A stretch of DNA of 51,961 nt from Chromera velia (GCA_018398765.1 JAHBMJ010000264.1:1-51961), one strand, 5' to 3'. Shown: positions 21,974 to 35,506, counted from the stretch's first letter. A program made the numbers and translations. The notes: generated by a model from the letters alone, not told the origin.

Positions 21974-22030
<57 letters not shown>
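21930..22030 (+). mobile_element. Very short 3'-end fragment of the same LINE family (or a partner SINE) with (CAAT)n tail
   Basis: CTGGTGACACCTTGAGATAATGGAAAGGCCTACCGGAGAAC-(CAAT)n resembles the 3' end of fragment A, CTGGCGACAGATAGACATAGCGGGAAGGCCCTAGGGCGGAAC-(ATCA)n, in opposite orientation. Confidence 0.6.
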
Positions 22031-22031
<1 letters not shown>

Positions 22032-22339
22032 GCAATTATATTTATAAGTTTATATGTGTAAGTTCACGCAAGCAAGCGCGCACTGGCAATAAATTATTTT
22101 TCTGTGTTTTCTTTATCCTGTATGCAGGCGCCTCCACGGGCCATACACTAACTATAGCTTACCTTTTGAGTGATCAAGTCCCTTGGATTACATTTTATGT
22201 CTGACCTAGCATGCACTATACTGTGTACCATCATTATGCCACCATGTAGTAGATTAGTATTGAAAGGTCAATTTGGAGGCTAATTTAGAGTATGACAGCT
22301 TTAGTTGGATTGCTTCTAGCATCAATTAATTATTATCAG

Positions 22340-23177
22340 CTAGGCTCTGCACTACATTAAAAAAAAAAAGAAAAGGTCGGAAAAACTTTTTTCGTGTGTG
22401 AATTTTTTTTCTAGGCGATGCACAGTGGTAAAAAAAAAAAAAAAAAGACCTTTCCAGATTTTTTTTTTTTTCTATGAAGAATTTTCTAGAGCACCTCTAG
22501 GACTAGCTCTAGGAGCACCTAGAGGAACACCTTTTAGAAGTACTTTTAAACTAACTTCCTCGCAAACTTATTGCTTAACTCAAAGTTTTAAACATCTTTC
22601 AACCCTATCGTAAAAGGGGATTACAGGGACGAAGGCGAGTGGGCGAGCGAAAGGAAAAGGGGGCTCTCTTTTGTCCTATGCAAAGAGTGATAAGAAGGAT
22701 GGATGCATGGATGCAGACAAAAGAGCAGACAGAGGAGAAGTTCTTTGACTAGCTCTTTGACGATATCTAGGACGATATACATTTCGAAGCTCTAGTCGAA
22801 GCTAGTTTTGATCAATCCTTTTAAGCGTCTACCAAGCTAAAAGTGAAACTGGGATCCTAGATATGATTCAAACTCTAGTTGAAGCTAGTCATTTAACCTT
22901 TGTTTTTTTTTACATATACAATAAAATTTTAAATTAAAAAAAAAAAAAAGAATAGACGTTTTCAGATTTTTTTTTTTTTTACCACTGTGCGTCGCTTTTT
23001 TTTTTTTTTTTTTATCATGGCAGTCAACAGGCAAACAACTGTTGTTCAAGTGTTGCATGAGTGTTGCATGGGATGTTGCGTAAAAACTATATGTGTTTTG
23101 GTTGATAAAAAAAAAAAAAGATCGGAAACTTTCTTTAAATTTTTTTTCTTTTTTTATTTATGGAGTGCAGAGCCTAG
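22340..23177. mobile_element. Non-autonomous DNA transposon (MITE-like, 838 bp) with TIRs and 8-bp TSD (hAT-like TSD length)
   Basis: Left end CTAGGCTCTGCACTACAT and right end ATGGAGTGCAGAGCCTAG are inverted repeats. ATTATCAG flanks both sides exactly (22332-22339 and 23178-23185). An inner inverted repeat pairs GCGATGCACAGTGGTA(A)n (~22415) with (T)nACCACTGTGCGTCGC (~22981). No coding capacity. Confidence 0.88.
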
Positions 23178-25199
23178 ATTATCAGTCAACTTTTAAAAGT
23201 TTTTATTTAAACTTAGTTGAGATTGAGTTGAAAGAACTTGAAAGCTAGAGATTTATCATTCAAGCACTTTTTGAAACGTTCTTTTATCGTCTTTCATTCA
23301 ATTTCTGCGGATTCCGTGTATCAGGCATGCAACCAAGCCCCGACCCCTTCTATTTTATATTTCCGTTTGAAGACCGAGCAGGCAGCTCGATTGGAACCAA
23401 CGGATCATCAGATACTGAGAAACTTATTCCGATTGCGCGCAGACGGCACACACAGAATCGGTAAACAAAGAGGTGGAAAAACCTCCTTTCCTTTGAGCGA
23501 CGTGAAAATTAGCGTGTCAGGAATGTAGGCAGAGACGGACCGACAGACCGAAGCACTGAAAACAGAAATTAACAAATCCAACCCCCCCACTACCTCTCTC
23601 TCTCTCTCTCTGTTTGTCTGCGGAACTCAACAAATAAGAAAAAAGAAAAATGATGGGGCGCTAGACAATCCAAGCGACCACTCATTCGCGGACAGCAAAC
23701 GACAGGCTCTCTCTCTCTCTCTCTCTCCGCGTTTTCTTAGTTTAAAAAGCTACGCCCGACGTACAGACAGACTGCGACAGAAAGCTGCGCAACACTCAGA
23801 GAGCAGCCGACCGACCCGATCAATCACTGCACTCGTCCAACTCTGTTCCGGATCTTGCTATTGATTTCAATTCACTACAGAAAGAGAGGCAATCAGACGA
23901 AGTCCTGATGCTCACTCTCAAATGCACACGCACCAACATGCCCTCCCCTTCACTCCCCTTCCCTTCCCTGAATTTCTTTTTCCCCCTGTTTGCCAAATGC
24001 GCATCGTTCTAAGGTACAGATTCTTCTCCTCAGCGAAGACGAAAAAGAAAAAGCACAAGCCAGCAAGAGTCTTTTCGTTCCATCCTTCGATGTCCTTCAT
24101 TGATCGCCAAATCCGTTTGCATGCATGCATGCATGCACAGCTGGGCTCTAGACCTGCCTGGACGGGTGGACTGATTCTCATCAAACAAGGAAAGGTCGGG
24201 CACTGGACAAAGACAGATTCACAGTGACCTTCCGGAAGGATTTCTTGTCCGTCCCTGGCCCTCTCCGAGACAAAAAGCTTCCGGAAGGGCGGACAGAAAA
24301 GGGAACGGATTGATTCGTGCACATAGAGAGGGAAGAGAGACAGAAAGAGGCACATACGGGTAAGTTGGTTGTTCCCCAAATTCATTCATTCATTCATTCG
24401 ATCTCCTTCTCCTGTTTTGTTTCCCTCCTCGTCTTCCCGACAGAAAGACGGATCAGCCAAGAGACCAAGAAAGAAAGAGCCAAACGCGGTCGGAAAGACA
24501 GACCAGGCAGAGAAGTGCACAGAAAGACCACACACACACACACTCAGCAGACAGACAGAAAGAGAGGACGCCCACCCGCAACACACCAATCGGTGCATAG
24601 GAAGAAGATAGATAGAAGGAAAGAAAGAAAGAAACTACCTACTCAAGTGATCATGGATGGTTGATGTGTTTTGTTTCTTTGTTTTCTGCAGGGTGAGTGA
24701 GTGAGAGACACGCAACTCCTTTGCCTCCTTCCATCTGCTCAAGTTCCTCCCCACCCTCCCTGCCACTCACTCTATTTTCCCTTCCACCGTCAATCAGAGC
24801 CGCATCCACGGCCATGCGAACACACGCGCACTCACTCACTCACTCACTCACTCACTCACTCACTCATTGATGGTCAGACTGTCTGGCTGCCTGCTGGCCA
24901 ATGCGATTCTGTATGTGCTCAGCACTCAGCACAGACAACAAATGTACAGCTCTCTTTCTCTCACACACTGAAAGAGAGAGAGCAAAGTCTCTAGAGCAGA
25001 AAGTCTGCATGTGAGGGAGAACTGCCATCCTCACTGAGAAGGCAAATCGAGAGAGGGCAAAGGAAGGAACACCTGTTTCTTTCTTGCAGGACGCAGCAGC
25101 AACACTGCCCCGCCTGCAAGCCTGATGTTCCAGACACCCCCCCAACTTCACCGCTTTCCTTTGTCTCTGCAAAAAAAACAAAAACCTCCCAAGTGCCCC

Positions 25200-28100
25200 C
25201 TACCTTTCCCCCCCACCCCCCTCTTCCTCAGGTTCACCTGGCCTGCTGACGGACCAGCTCAGTTCACACTCTAGTACATGCGGGGGCTCCTCTCCCTCAT
25301 GGACCGGCGACGGCGCCGGAGAGGAAGCTCCCGAGGACGCCGAGCTAAAAAGGGGATGTGGGGGTATGTCCCCGACTCCCACTGATCGGCGTGAATGACT
25401 GTGACTGTGACTATGGCTGCGGCTATGCGTTTCTCCTTCTGCGTGAGAGACAGCCTTGGTAACCAGGAATCGCTCATGGTCCTCCTCCCCCCCCACGCCA
25501 CTCCCGAGGGGGCTGTCACTCTCCCGACCCAAACCTCTCTGAGCCCTTCCTCCCCTCCCCCTTCCACCCTCTGAACGCTCACAGTCACCCATGGTCCTCT
25601 CACTGTGTCGTCGCGGTAAGGACGCACGAGGAGGATCCAGTGCTTCACTCTTCATGCTCGTACCTGTCCCTATGCCCATCCCTCTTGTGAAAGAATGACT
25701 CCCTGGCAGACGAAGGAACGACCCCCCCCCTTTGGGCCCAAAATGTTCCAGGGACAAATTAACCGAAGAGGCGATGCCACAATGGGGACACACCCTCTCG
25801 GCCAACCCACCAGAACCAGAGACTGAGGCTGAAGGGGCTACAGGCGTCAAGGGGGAGGTGCGGGTCTTCTCTCTTTCTCTCGTCCCCGTCTCCCCCCGTC
25901 GGCTTGGACGACCACACCGACGAAACGATCTTCCACCATGGGGGTGGTGATGTTGCATGCGCGGGTGTGAGAAGATCTGGGTGGACGACCAGGGCTGGCG
26001 GGTTAGAGCTGATGACGTGCTCAGAGGATTGTGTCTTCGGCTTTGCCTACTCACTGGAAGTGCATCCAAATCTTGTAATCGGAGGCTTCTACGAGTGTCT
26101 GCAGGTACACTACCGGACCGGGGACGCCCCGATGGAACCAGGACCAAAGACATCGAGTCTTCGGAAGGGGCCGGAGCGAGAACACCCGCTACGCTAGATG
26201 AATGGGGCGGCGCGGCTGTGCGTCTCTTTGGGATCGTCAGTCGGGGGCTGTTCGCTTCTCTCTCTTCGTGCTCTGCCCCAGAGGAAGCCCTCGTTCTGCT
26301 GAGAACAACTCCACTCCTCGGTTGTTGGGCTGGGGACGTTGGGGAACCCCCCGCTCCTCGAGGCAAACGCCAAGAGGATGAGGATGAGGATCCGGTTCCC
26401 CCCCCGGGCGGCGGAACACCCACACCACCAAACGCCTGATGAGAGGCTGAGCGTGATACTGACAGCTCCCAGTCCCTGGTGCTGTCTTGTTGTTGATTCG
26501 TGAGGGGGAAAGACAAAGAAGGATGATTCGGACCTCCCCGAGCTTGAATACTCTGGGCAGGAGGATGCTCGTGGCACGAGGAGGCTGCTTGCTCTGAGTA
26601 CCCGCTCTGATAAGAAAACACAGGGGACTGTACGGGAGGGGGAGCGGGGACTGAGTGGAACGATCCCACAGCAACAGCAGCAGCAGGGTCAACCTGCCGT
26701 CTGGTACCGTCCCAACCATACCAAAGAGAGTGGGGGGCAGCTCTCGAATGGATATCTGTGTGATAGCAGGAGGAATGGTGTGAGGCAGCAGAGGAGGCAA
26801 AAGCTTCCATCTCCCTGCTGTCTCTCTCCCGCCCCCCCGAGTCCCCTGCTTGAGGTGGGGATCTCACTGATTTCTGGAGGGGGTGTTGGGAATGGGAATG
26901 AGCGGCGGAGGAGAAAGGGACTAGAGGGCTGCCTCGAACCTCTCCGCTCCCTGCTGCTGCATTGCAATGGATGCAGACGTGACGGGGAGGAGCAGAGATC
27001 CTCGATGCAGTGGCGGCATCGGCAGCGGAAGTAGACGTCAGTCGGGGTGACGGAACTTTAGTGCTTGTACCCCCTGCTTCTGTCTCTGTTTCCTTGAGAC
27101 ACGCAGCAGCCGAAAGGCTCAGCACAAGATCCCCCTCCGCTTCAGCGCCTGGAGGAGTTCTACGGCGAGAACACGGGGCGTCTTTCGGTGACTGTATGGA
27201 GGTCGTTCTGGGTGGGGGGGGATGTGAATGGTCGGAGGGTGGGGGGCGACTGTGAACATGGCTGTGCTGTGAGTGGTCACGATCCCGAGAACCGCAAGGC
27301 GGTAAAGCAGTCGGTCCCCCCACCCCACTACCACTACTTGCAGCGGCAGCGGCAAGGCTTCCGTGATGGAAGTATCCGATTGCAGCATTTGCTTGGGAAT
27401 GGGACCATTCTTGAGAATTCGACACACTCGCTCTCAGCAAGTCTCTTTCTCCTCTTTCTGCTGCTGCTGCTGCTGCTGCTGCAGTGCCCCCCCTGTGAGA
27501 GGAAACAACAGGGGTGTGCACACGTGTGTCTGTTGCTATGTGCCTCCCGCCATCGTGCCGACTGATGCTGTCACGGCCTTCTCGGGACTGTGAGCTTCCA
27601 CGAGACAATTCGACGGGTTCACTGCACACTGCCCCAGCCCCCTGGTTGGGGTTGGATGGAGGAGATGAGGAGGAAATACGGGAAGCCCCCGAGGCTTGCC
27701 TTGAGCAGAAAGGAGGAGGGGCACTAGGGTTTGTGGGGGCACATAAAGTTGAGGCAGCACCCCCGATTTCGATTCCGTCGCCTTCGTCGTCCTCTCCCTC
27801 TCCCTCCTCTAACCCCTCACCCTTATCCGTTGCCCCTCGAAGAGCAAACACAGGCGCCCCGAAGGGAGGCACCGACGCGACTTCATCCGCAGACTGATAA
27901 TATTGGTGATCCTCTGTGCCTGACAGCCAATGCGGGAAGCAGGCAGGAAAACCACCACCAACACCCCCACGGTCGCCAGTCCCTCCAACTCCGTACTCCC
28001 CCCGCCCATGTGCCCCTCCATGCGGGAGCAGAAGGGGCGACAGAGGCCCAAACTCAGCTCCCAGATGCATCCCACCCTCAGCCCCCTCCCCTTCAAGACT

Positions 28101-28942
28101 CTGCAGGCAGGCAGGAAACAGATAGAGATGGACGTGCCTGCAGGTGTGCATCATGTCAAATCACAACGCCCCCAAATTCCCCCCCCCCCTCTTCCATGGG
28201 TCCCGTCCGCAGTGACGCAACCAAAAGCGAGGATAAGCACACGCGTACAGAGATATGCATGTCCTCTTTCCACGTGCTATGTATGGATCCGTCAAGCCTG
28301 CGTGCGTCAACCAACCAAGGAGACGAATGATCCCTCTACCGCACACACACACACACACACTCACACACACTGCAAAAAAGGAAAAAAAAAGAATCACAAG
28401 GTCTCCCTACACAAATTCATACTTCTTCTTTCTGCCCACCGACCCCCCCACCCACCTCTCCATCCGAGTAGTCAGATTCTGCCCCCAAGTCCTCCAGCTG
28501 AGGGCCCGAGCGGAGCCACCCCCCTGCACCCCCCCACTGCACCAGCTGCATGTAGGGAAGGTCGAACCGCCGACCTCCACCCGCCATCATGTCGATGCGC
28601 CGAAGCGAGGGAGCCGACAGGGCTCGCCTGCAAGTTCACTCAGTTATACACGCACCAGCGACGCAACAAACGTGCATCTGAGTGCAAAAGAGTCCGACAG
28701 AAAGGCAGCAGTCTGTTAACGGAGCATTCCCGAAACACTGTGTAGAAAGAAGCGAAGATACATCCACCCTCAAATTTAGATACACCACCACAGGGGACAG
28801 TGGTGGTGGGGCGAGAGAGGCAAAATGAAGAGAAAAAGAAAAAGAGAGACCGACCGTACATAATGGGGTGCATTCACGCGCACCCCCCCTCTGCTGTAGA
28901 TGGCATCATTTCCCTCTTGATCCCCCTCTCCCTCCCCCTCTC

Positions 28943-28975
<33 letters not shown>

Positions 28976-31900
28976 CCTCCTCTTCCCTCTCTCCCCGAGA
29001 CTCTGCACCGTCTCCCCCGTCTGAACCCACTGTCCCTGTCCCTGCCCCCCCTCCGGACTGGACCGCCACCGTGCCCCTTGAGCCCATGATTGCACCCACT
29101 TTCCGAGCGTAGTCAGTAGCTACGCGACGTGTGGAAGGCAGCGGGTTTGGAAGGGGGACTCCTGCTGCCGCAGAGGCCCCGGCAATCTTCCCCCCAGGGA
29201 TCCCCGCAGCGGAATGCCGGGGCCCGTCGGTGGTCCCTCGTGTGACCAAAGGAATCGGTGTGGCCAGAAGAATGGGAGAGTCTGAAGACGTCGTCGTTTG
29301 CGATTTTCGCGAAACGAAATTCTTTTTCTCACCTTGCTGATTTGGACCACTCCCTTCAACAACGCGATTTCCTGACAGCGCTGCAGTGGCAGTCGAGCCT
29401 GTTCGGCTTTTGACGCACGCAAGAGAGACGGAGGAGGAATCGGATGGATCTGCTGCCGGGGGGCTGCTTTGGGGCCCGTCACCCAATAACTCTTCCCCCA
29501 CATTCTCTTTAGGGACCGCCGTCGCTGGCAGACGAGAAGAAGAAGCAGCAAAAGCGCTGATGTCAGTAGAGCCCACCGCGGAGGAACTCAAACCTCCAGG
29601 CCTCACGTCGCCCCCCAACCCTCTGGCTGTCTCCTCTTCTTGAAACTGGGAGGGAGGTAAGGCGACAGAGGTAGAAGAACCAAGTGAGGAGTTCAGAGCG
29701 GACGGAACGTGTTGTGCCAATTGCTGGATGCACACGGAGGGCGGCGACCTCGGCGGTTGATGCATCGATTCGCCCCCCTCGATTGGGGGGAAGTCGAACA
29801 ACAACTTGTCCGTTTGCGTCGCTGCACGTGCATGACAGGAGAGGAGACAAAAAAACGCAGCCCAAGGAGAGAGCGAATGCGATGGTATAATTTACCCAAG
29901 TGATTTGCCCTTCGGTGACAGACACCGCGCAGCAGGGGTCACAAACAATTGTTCCCTAGTCGTAGGAAGTGCAGCTAGGTTTCAGAGAAAACATGTCACG
30001 AGAGAGAGGACAGCGGAGATGCAGTCTCAAAGGTAGACAAGAAAAAGAAGAGGGAGCGGAAGGATTCGAGAAGAGACAAACCATCCCACTCCTTTCCCTC
30101 CCCTCCCCACCTTTGACATCAGTCTCCAGGTTCTTCACTGTAGGCTGAGCGTGGGGGGCGTATGAGGAGGACGAGGCCTCCTGCCAGCAGCCCCCCTGAT
30201 CGCCCCCCCTCTCCCCACCCAGATCTCTCCCCTCACTCTCCTTTTGTGCCGCTCTCCCAGGATCACCCGGGGCGTATTTCGAGGAAGAAGACGATCCCTC
30301 ATGGTCCCCCCCTCCGGTCGTGTAATTCGAAGCCTCCCGGGCCAACGGCATCTCCTCATCCTCATCCACGAACCCCCCGGGAATCCCCGAAGCGGCAGAA
30401 TGGAAATGCGAGTGCAGCCTGCTGCTGTGACCACAGACTGTCTGACCACCCAGTCCGCCTGCACAAGACAGGCCTGGCTGGTTGCTCAGGCTTGTGTGTT
30501 GCTGTGTGATTGAATGACCGAATCGGCACGGCGCCTGCACGTTCATGGAGGCCGAGGGTGTGGACGTGAGTGCATCCCCGTGGGCAGTGGAGGAAGCGCA
30601 AGAGGCAGGACCTGGGTCCAGGGTGGCGGCTTGAGACGAGACGGGAGGGAAAAAAGCGGCGGCAGAGGGGGCGGCTGTGGGTGTATGGTCGTGTCTCTGG
30701 TGTTGTTTCCAGATGTCAGCAAGAATCAGGAGAAGATTCTTCAGGCCGAAGAGGTAGTCCTCGTCCGGCGACGGATTGTCTGCAAGCAGAAGCCATCATA
30801 CACACAGAGAAACATGTACAGAAGCGGACAACGACACGTAAAGTACCCACAGAAAAACACACATCGCTACGTCGATCGATTCTGTTGGGACAGCGGATCA
30901 CCCATGCAGCTGAGACCATCACCCAGGTAGCAGCTCGACAAACAAAAGGGAACCTGTACATGTATGTGCATCTATCTATCTATCTATCTATCTATCTGTA
31001 TATGTATCTGGGCAGGCAGACAGGCAGGCAGAGAACCGGGACATCTCCTCACGTACCTGGCAGGAAGATGGTGTTGGCGAAATCGATCATCCTGACGTCC
31101 ACAGATTGGAGTTTCTCTTCGATGTCGTTGATCCCGCCTGCATCCGTGCATGCATGCATTCATACAAGGACAGATAACAGAATACATATGCACACGGTAG
31201 TCATCGACTAAGAATGAATTCACGCAACACGAGACACATGACAGACCTCCCTCAACACATTTTGATGGACAGCGAGAGAGACTCACAGAGAGGGAGGCAG
31301 GCTTGCATAAGTTCTCTTCCCTCTTTTTTTCACGGAGACAGAAAGAAAGACAGGAGAAAGATGCATACACATGCAGGTAGCTGTGAACCCAATAAATGGG
31401 GGCTGAGAGTTGAGCAAGCGAGAGAGAGCACGGTAGGCCACACGAAACAAGGCAAAAGGAAAAGACAGGTGACTGACCGTCATAAACAATTAGAAGAGAG
31501 GAGGACCAGAAACGCCAATGCCGAAGTTCGTTCAGACCTGCACACACGCATGAGAGACAGAGAGAGAGCAAGGAAAGATGCGAGCAAGGGTCATTGGAGG
31601 GAGCAAAACGAGGAGCGAACCGTCGCCTATGCAAATTCGTTTTACTGCCCAGCAGTGCGCGACGTCAAGTAGAAACGAGCGAACATACTGGCAAGCGGGC
31701 AAGAAAGAAGATCAGCGAAGGACGACATTCTCGGATAACATCACGCAGCCGTTGGCACGGAGAGAGACCAGAAAAGGAGCGATGGCCAGACAGAGAGACC
31801 AAACGTTGTGTTTTCTTCCACACACAGGCAGGCAGGCAGAGACAGCAGACCGAATGAACCACACAGTCCTAGTTCGTCTGTGCAGTCCCTCCCGTCAGAA

Positions 31901-32366
31901 GCGGGGGGTGGACAGCCAGATACTCAAAGAAAAATAGATTTTCTTATCACGTGAGAGAGAGAGATGCAGCCGTGTCGACAAGGACTTGACCAAAACAAAA
32001 CAACGTACGCATACTCATCAACAAACAAACGAACGGACTTACGAACATTTCATCAAGGTCTCCAGTTTCTCCACCAAGACAGCGATGAGGTCCAGATGGC
32101 AGGACACGCCGTTGTAGAACCACTGGTGTATCGCCTCCGTCACCCGCTCTGCAAGCACCACCGAACAATTCTTTTTTCATACGCATAATGCTCAAAGCAA
32201 AACGTCTAAAGTGGCTTTATTGCCTGCTCTGTATATACAGAACGACTGTCCTTGAGGACTGATCGGGAACCTGGAAGGGTGCTGAGCGAAGGCTGACGCT
32301 TTAAATGGAAGGCTGTGACAGAGCGAGAAACACAGTGAAACTTACACTCACACACAGCCACACACA

Positions 32367-32422
<56 letters not shown>

Positions 32423-33574
32423 CTTCCATCAACGTTGGCATAGACAGCATGGGTTCGGGTTGCTGTTCTGCGCTGTTTCTTTTGCCTGGTCATCAAAGAA
32501 GGGAGCGAGGAGAAGGCAGACAATAGAAATTCAATGAGGACGTGAGTAAGGAAACATATTTGACAGACTAGCACACAGCCAAAGATCGCGCTATCTGGGT
32601 TCATTCATGCTTACTTCTTTCTACTGGACCTTGCAATCCAGGTACCTACCTGCAGTCAGTTTTCTCCCCCAATATTTGTCCCGATAACATAGCATGTCAT
32701 TCCGTCTGTTGTACACCTGACACCCACAGAGTCGGAAACCTAGCGCGTAACTAGTGGTGGAATGACTTTTCGCTCTCTGTCGCTCCTCCTTCTCAGGTGA
32801 AGCGTTCAACTTCCTCTGCCTCCTCCCCATTTTTATGTCCAGAACGCAGGGCTTCCGGAATCCATCGACCAAATCCTCCAAAATGATGTGCTGACGCGCA
32901 GTGACACCCGAGGACGAAGAAGAAGACACCCCCCCCCCTCCACCAGGCACAACGACAGATCCTCGCATGCCAGAGGAGGAAGAGGAACTGCTGCCGGCCT
33001 GCTGCTCGTTTTGATTTTGGTTTTGGCTCGGCAGGTGAGCTGCGGAGGGTATCTCGGGGCCTCTGCGTGTTCCTGTGCCTGTAGCGTCTGCCGATGTCTC
33101 ATTAGTGAAAAAAGAACCCCCCCCATCTTGGGCATGCAGAAGCCTACGTGGAGATTCTGCAATGGGCCGTTCACCCGTTGCACGAACGTTTGCGGACGCA
33201 GAGGAGGAAGAGGAAGCAGGAGGAACGGTCTGGGATTTTGCGGCGGATGAAGACGAGGACGAGGCAGGTCCCGGACTCGGGTCTGCAGGGAGCGTCTGGC
33301 GCCCGGTTCTATTGGTCGAGGGGGAGGGACCGAGACGGTCGGACGTGACGGCAATTTCTGTGGCCCCGTAGTATTTGGGCACAAACTGGCGGAGAATTTG
33401 GAGGGGGCCCGATTCAGCTGAGGATGCACCCAGGCCTGCCAGTTTCTCGTAAAACTTATGTTCGTTCTCTACAAGAGGTTTGTAGACCTTCGAGGAGTCC
33501 TTCGGCTTCACCAGCCGACAGTGGCCGCCCACCTGGTGCCTGTACTCCTCGAAGGCTAAATTCATCTGCTGCAT
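25200..33574 (-). CDS. Inositol polyphosphate kinase (IPK family, IP6K/IPMK-like) with very long low-complexity C-terminal extension (~1958 aa, 8 exons)
   Basis: Exons 33574-32650, 32148-32047, 31537-31478, 31137-31057, 30779-30111, 29821-28855, 28627-28456 and 28100-25200 join in frame (5877 nt). IPK motifs HQVGGH, ILEDLVDGFRKPCVLDIKMG (PxxxDxKxG), LGFRLCG, SSSLLIVYD, VRMIDFA and PDEDYLFGLKNL. The kinase call is firm; the joins of exons 5-8 are less certain. Confidence 0.88.
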
Positions 33575-34506
33575 GGGAAGGTCGGGCCAGAGGAGCCTCT
33601 TCTGTTGTCTTTCTCTCCCTCCTTCCCCCCAGTCTTATCCTTGACTCTCTGTTTGGTTTTCACCTGGGCATTCGATTCTTTGCTTCGTGTACTTTCTTTT
33701 TTCGCTTTGTTTAGGTAAGCCCCGAACGACAATCAGGGATTGGGTGGGAAGGAGTCTGCGCTGCCTTTGTTAGCAGGACGAATGGGTAAAATTACACTGC
33801 AAGGCGTTCTCTAAAATGCGATGGTCTGCTCTACAGAATGAGAGAGCACGGACAACTGTTTCCGTCTCTCACCACTTCGAACCACAGGAGACGACTCTCT
33901 CTACTCAAGATGACAAAATGGAGATAAGCATCTGAGCATAAGCAGACCAGAATGTATCATAAGTATGTTCACGATACCTTCGAAGGCACAATGTGACGGG
34001 CTTGGAAGAAGAGGGAGACCAGTTCATGGAGCAGAGCTTCATTTCAAGCCGACGATCAAAGAAGATCATGCAATTTATTGCAATTTAATTATGTAAAGGT
34101 CGGGTACGTATATACGTACGCGCGCACAAAAATTCGGCCAAATTCATGCATGGATTTATTGCGCGCGCATTCCGCGCGACGCGGCGAAGCACAACAATCA
34201 ATCACGTGCGCGTGCATGTGCGCGTCGAGATTGGAAGGAGCGGATTGTGAGATGGGTCTGACACTAACGAATCTGAAGACAGGGATTGGCTCGGTTTCGA
34301 GGTATCGTGTAGGCTGCATGGCCTCACAGAGGCTCGAGTGGTCCGAGAGAAGCGTTTCAGTTCTGTCTTTTAGTTTATTGCGCTTTTTTCCTTTTTGCGT
34401 CATTAGATTTTGCTTCAGAGTCCGGCGGGAGGACGCACACTGGACCGCCACGTAGACGGCTGAAGTTCTGCCCGAGTGCTGCAGAAAGAAGCGAATTGAG
34501 AGAAAG
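33575..34506. promoter_or_regulatory. Putative bidirectional promoter (IPK / DEAH helicase)
   Basis: About 930 bp between divergent ATGs, with a GCGCGC/CACGTG/TGCATG cluster at 34110-34230. Confidence 0.45.
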
Positions 34507-35125
34507 ATGTCCTCAAGCACTCTATCGGAACTTCAGAGTCAACTGCCGATTCGGCAGAACAAGGAGGAGATTGTGAGGCGTCTGAAGAGTTTGGAGAATC
34601 AGGTGATGATCCTGATCGGGGAGACGGGCTCGGGAAAGACCACACAGGTCCCGCAGTTTGTGTACGACATCGTGACAGAAGAAGCACGAACCCTGAGGCA
34701 AAGAGCGAAAATGATAGCTATAACGCAACCGAGGAGAATTGCTGCAATTTCTGTTGCAAAAAGAGTGGCTTTTGAGATGAAGTGTGAACTGGGTGAATTG
34801 GTGGGGTACCAAGTTCGGTTTGAGGAGCGGGTGAGTCGGGAGACTCGGATTAAATTTATGACAGATGGAATGCTGGTCAGAGAGTTGATGCTTGATCAGG
34901 ACCTCAAAAGGTGTTCTTTTGTTCTTTTGGATGAGGCCCACGAGAGGTCTCTCCATTCGGATATTCTTTTGGGATTCTTGAAGACTCTCCTCAACCGAAG
35001 AAAGGACCTCAAGCTGATCGTCATGAGCGCCACTTTGCATCCTGAGGTCTTCATCGATTTCTTTGGTGGAGCAGATGTCAGTAAGTCTCTTCTTCTGCAT
35101 GGGAACTTCTCTTCCCTTCCTCTTG

Positions 35126-35169
<44 letters not shown>

Positions 35170-35467
35170 TCCTTCTTTGCCTGCCATCTGACTGTTTCGG
35201 AATCTGGACCTCTTTTTTCAATCTCGCGCGCATTGCTGGCTGATAGGGAGGCCCTTCCCTCGCAAAAATCATTCGCCGAGGCTTATCACTCTCCTCCATT
35301 CCTTGATCGCTCCTCACACCCTCTGAGTTGCAGTTTGATTTCTGTTTGAGTGTTTGACTCACGAACTGACTGAAAGAATGTTCCAGTGACTGACACCTTC
35401 ATTGAAGCCTCTCTCATGGGAGCCGTCTGTCTCTTCATTCCTCCTCCTCCTCCACCCCCGACCGCGG

Positions 35468-35506
<39 letters not shown>

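Noticed and set aside
25167..25203. Possible 37-nt terminal intron in the IPK gene
   Set aside because: It is far shorter than the other introns here and would add only a few residues. TAG at 25200-25202 was kept as the stop.
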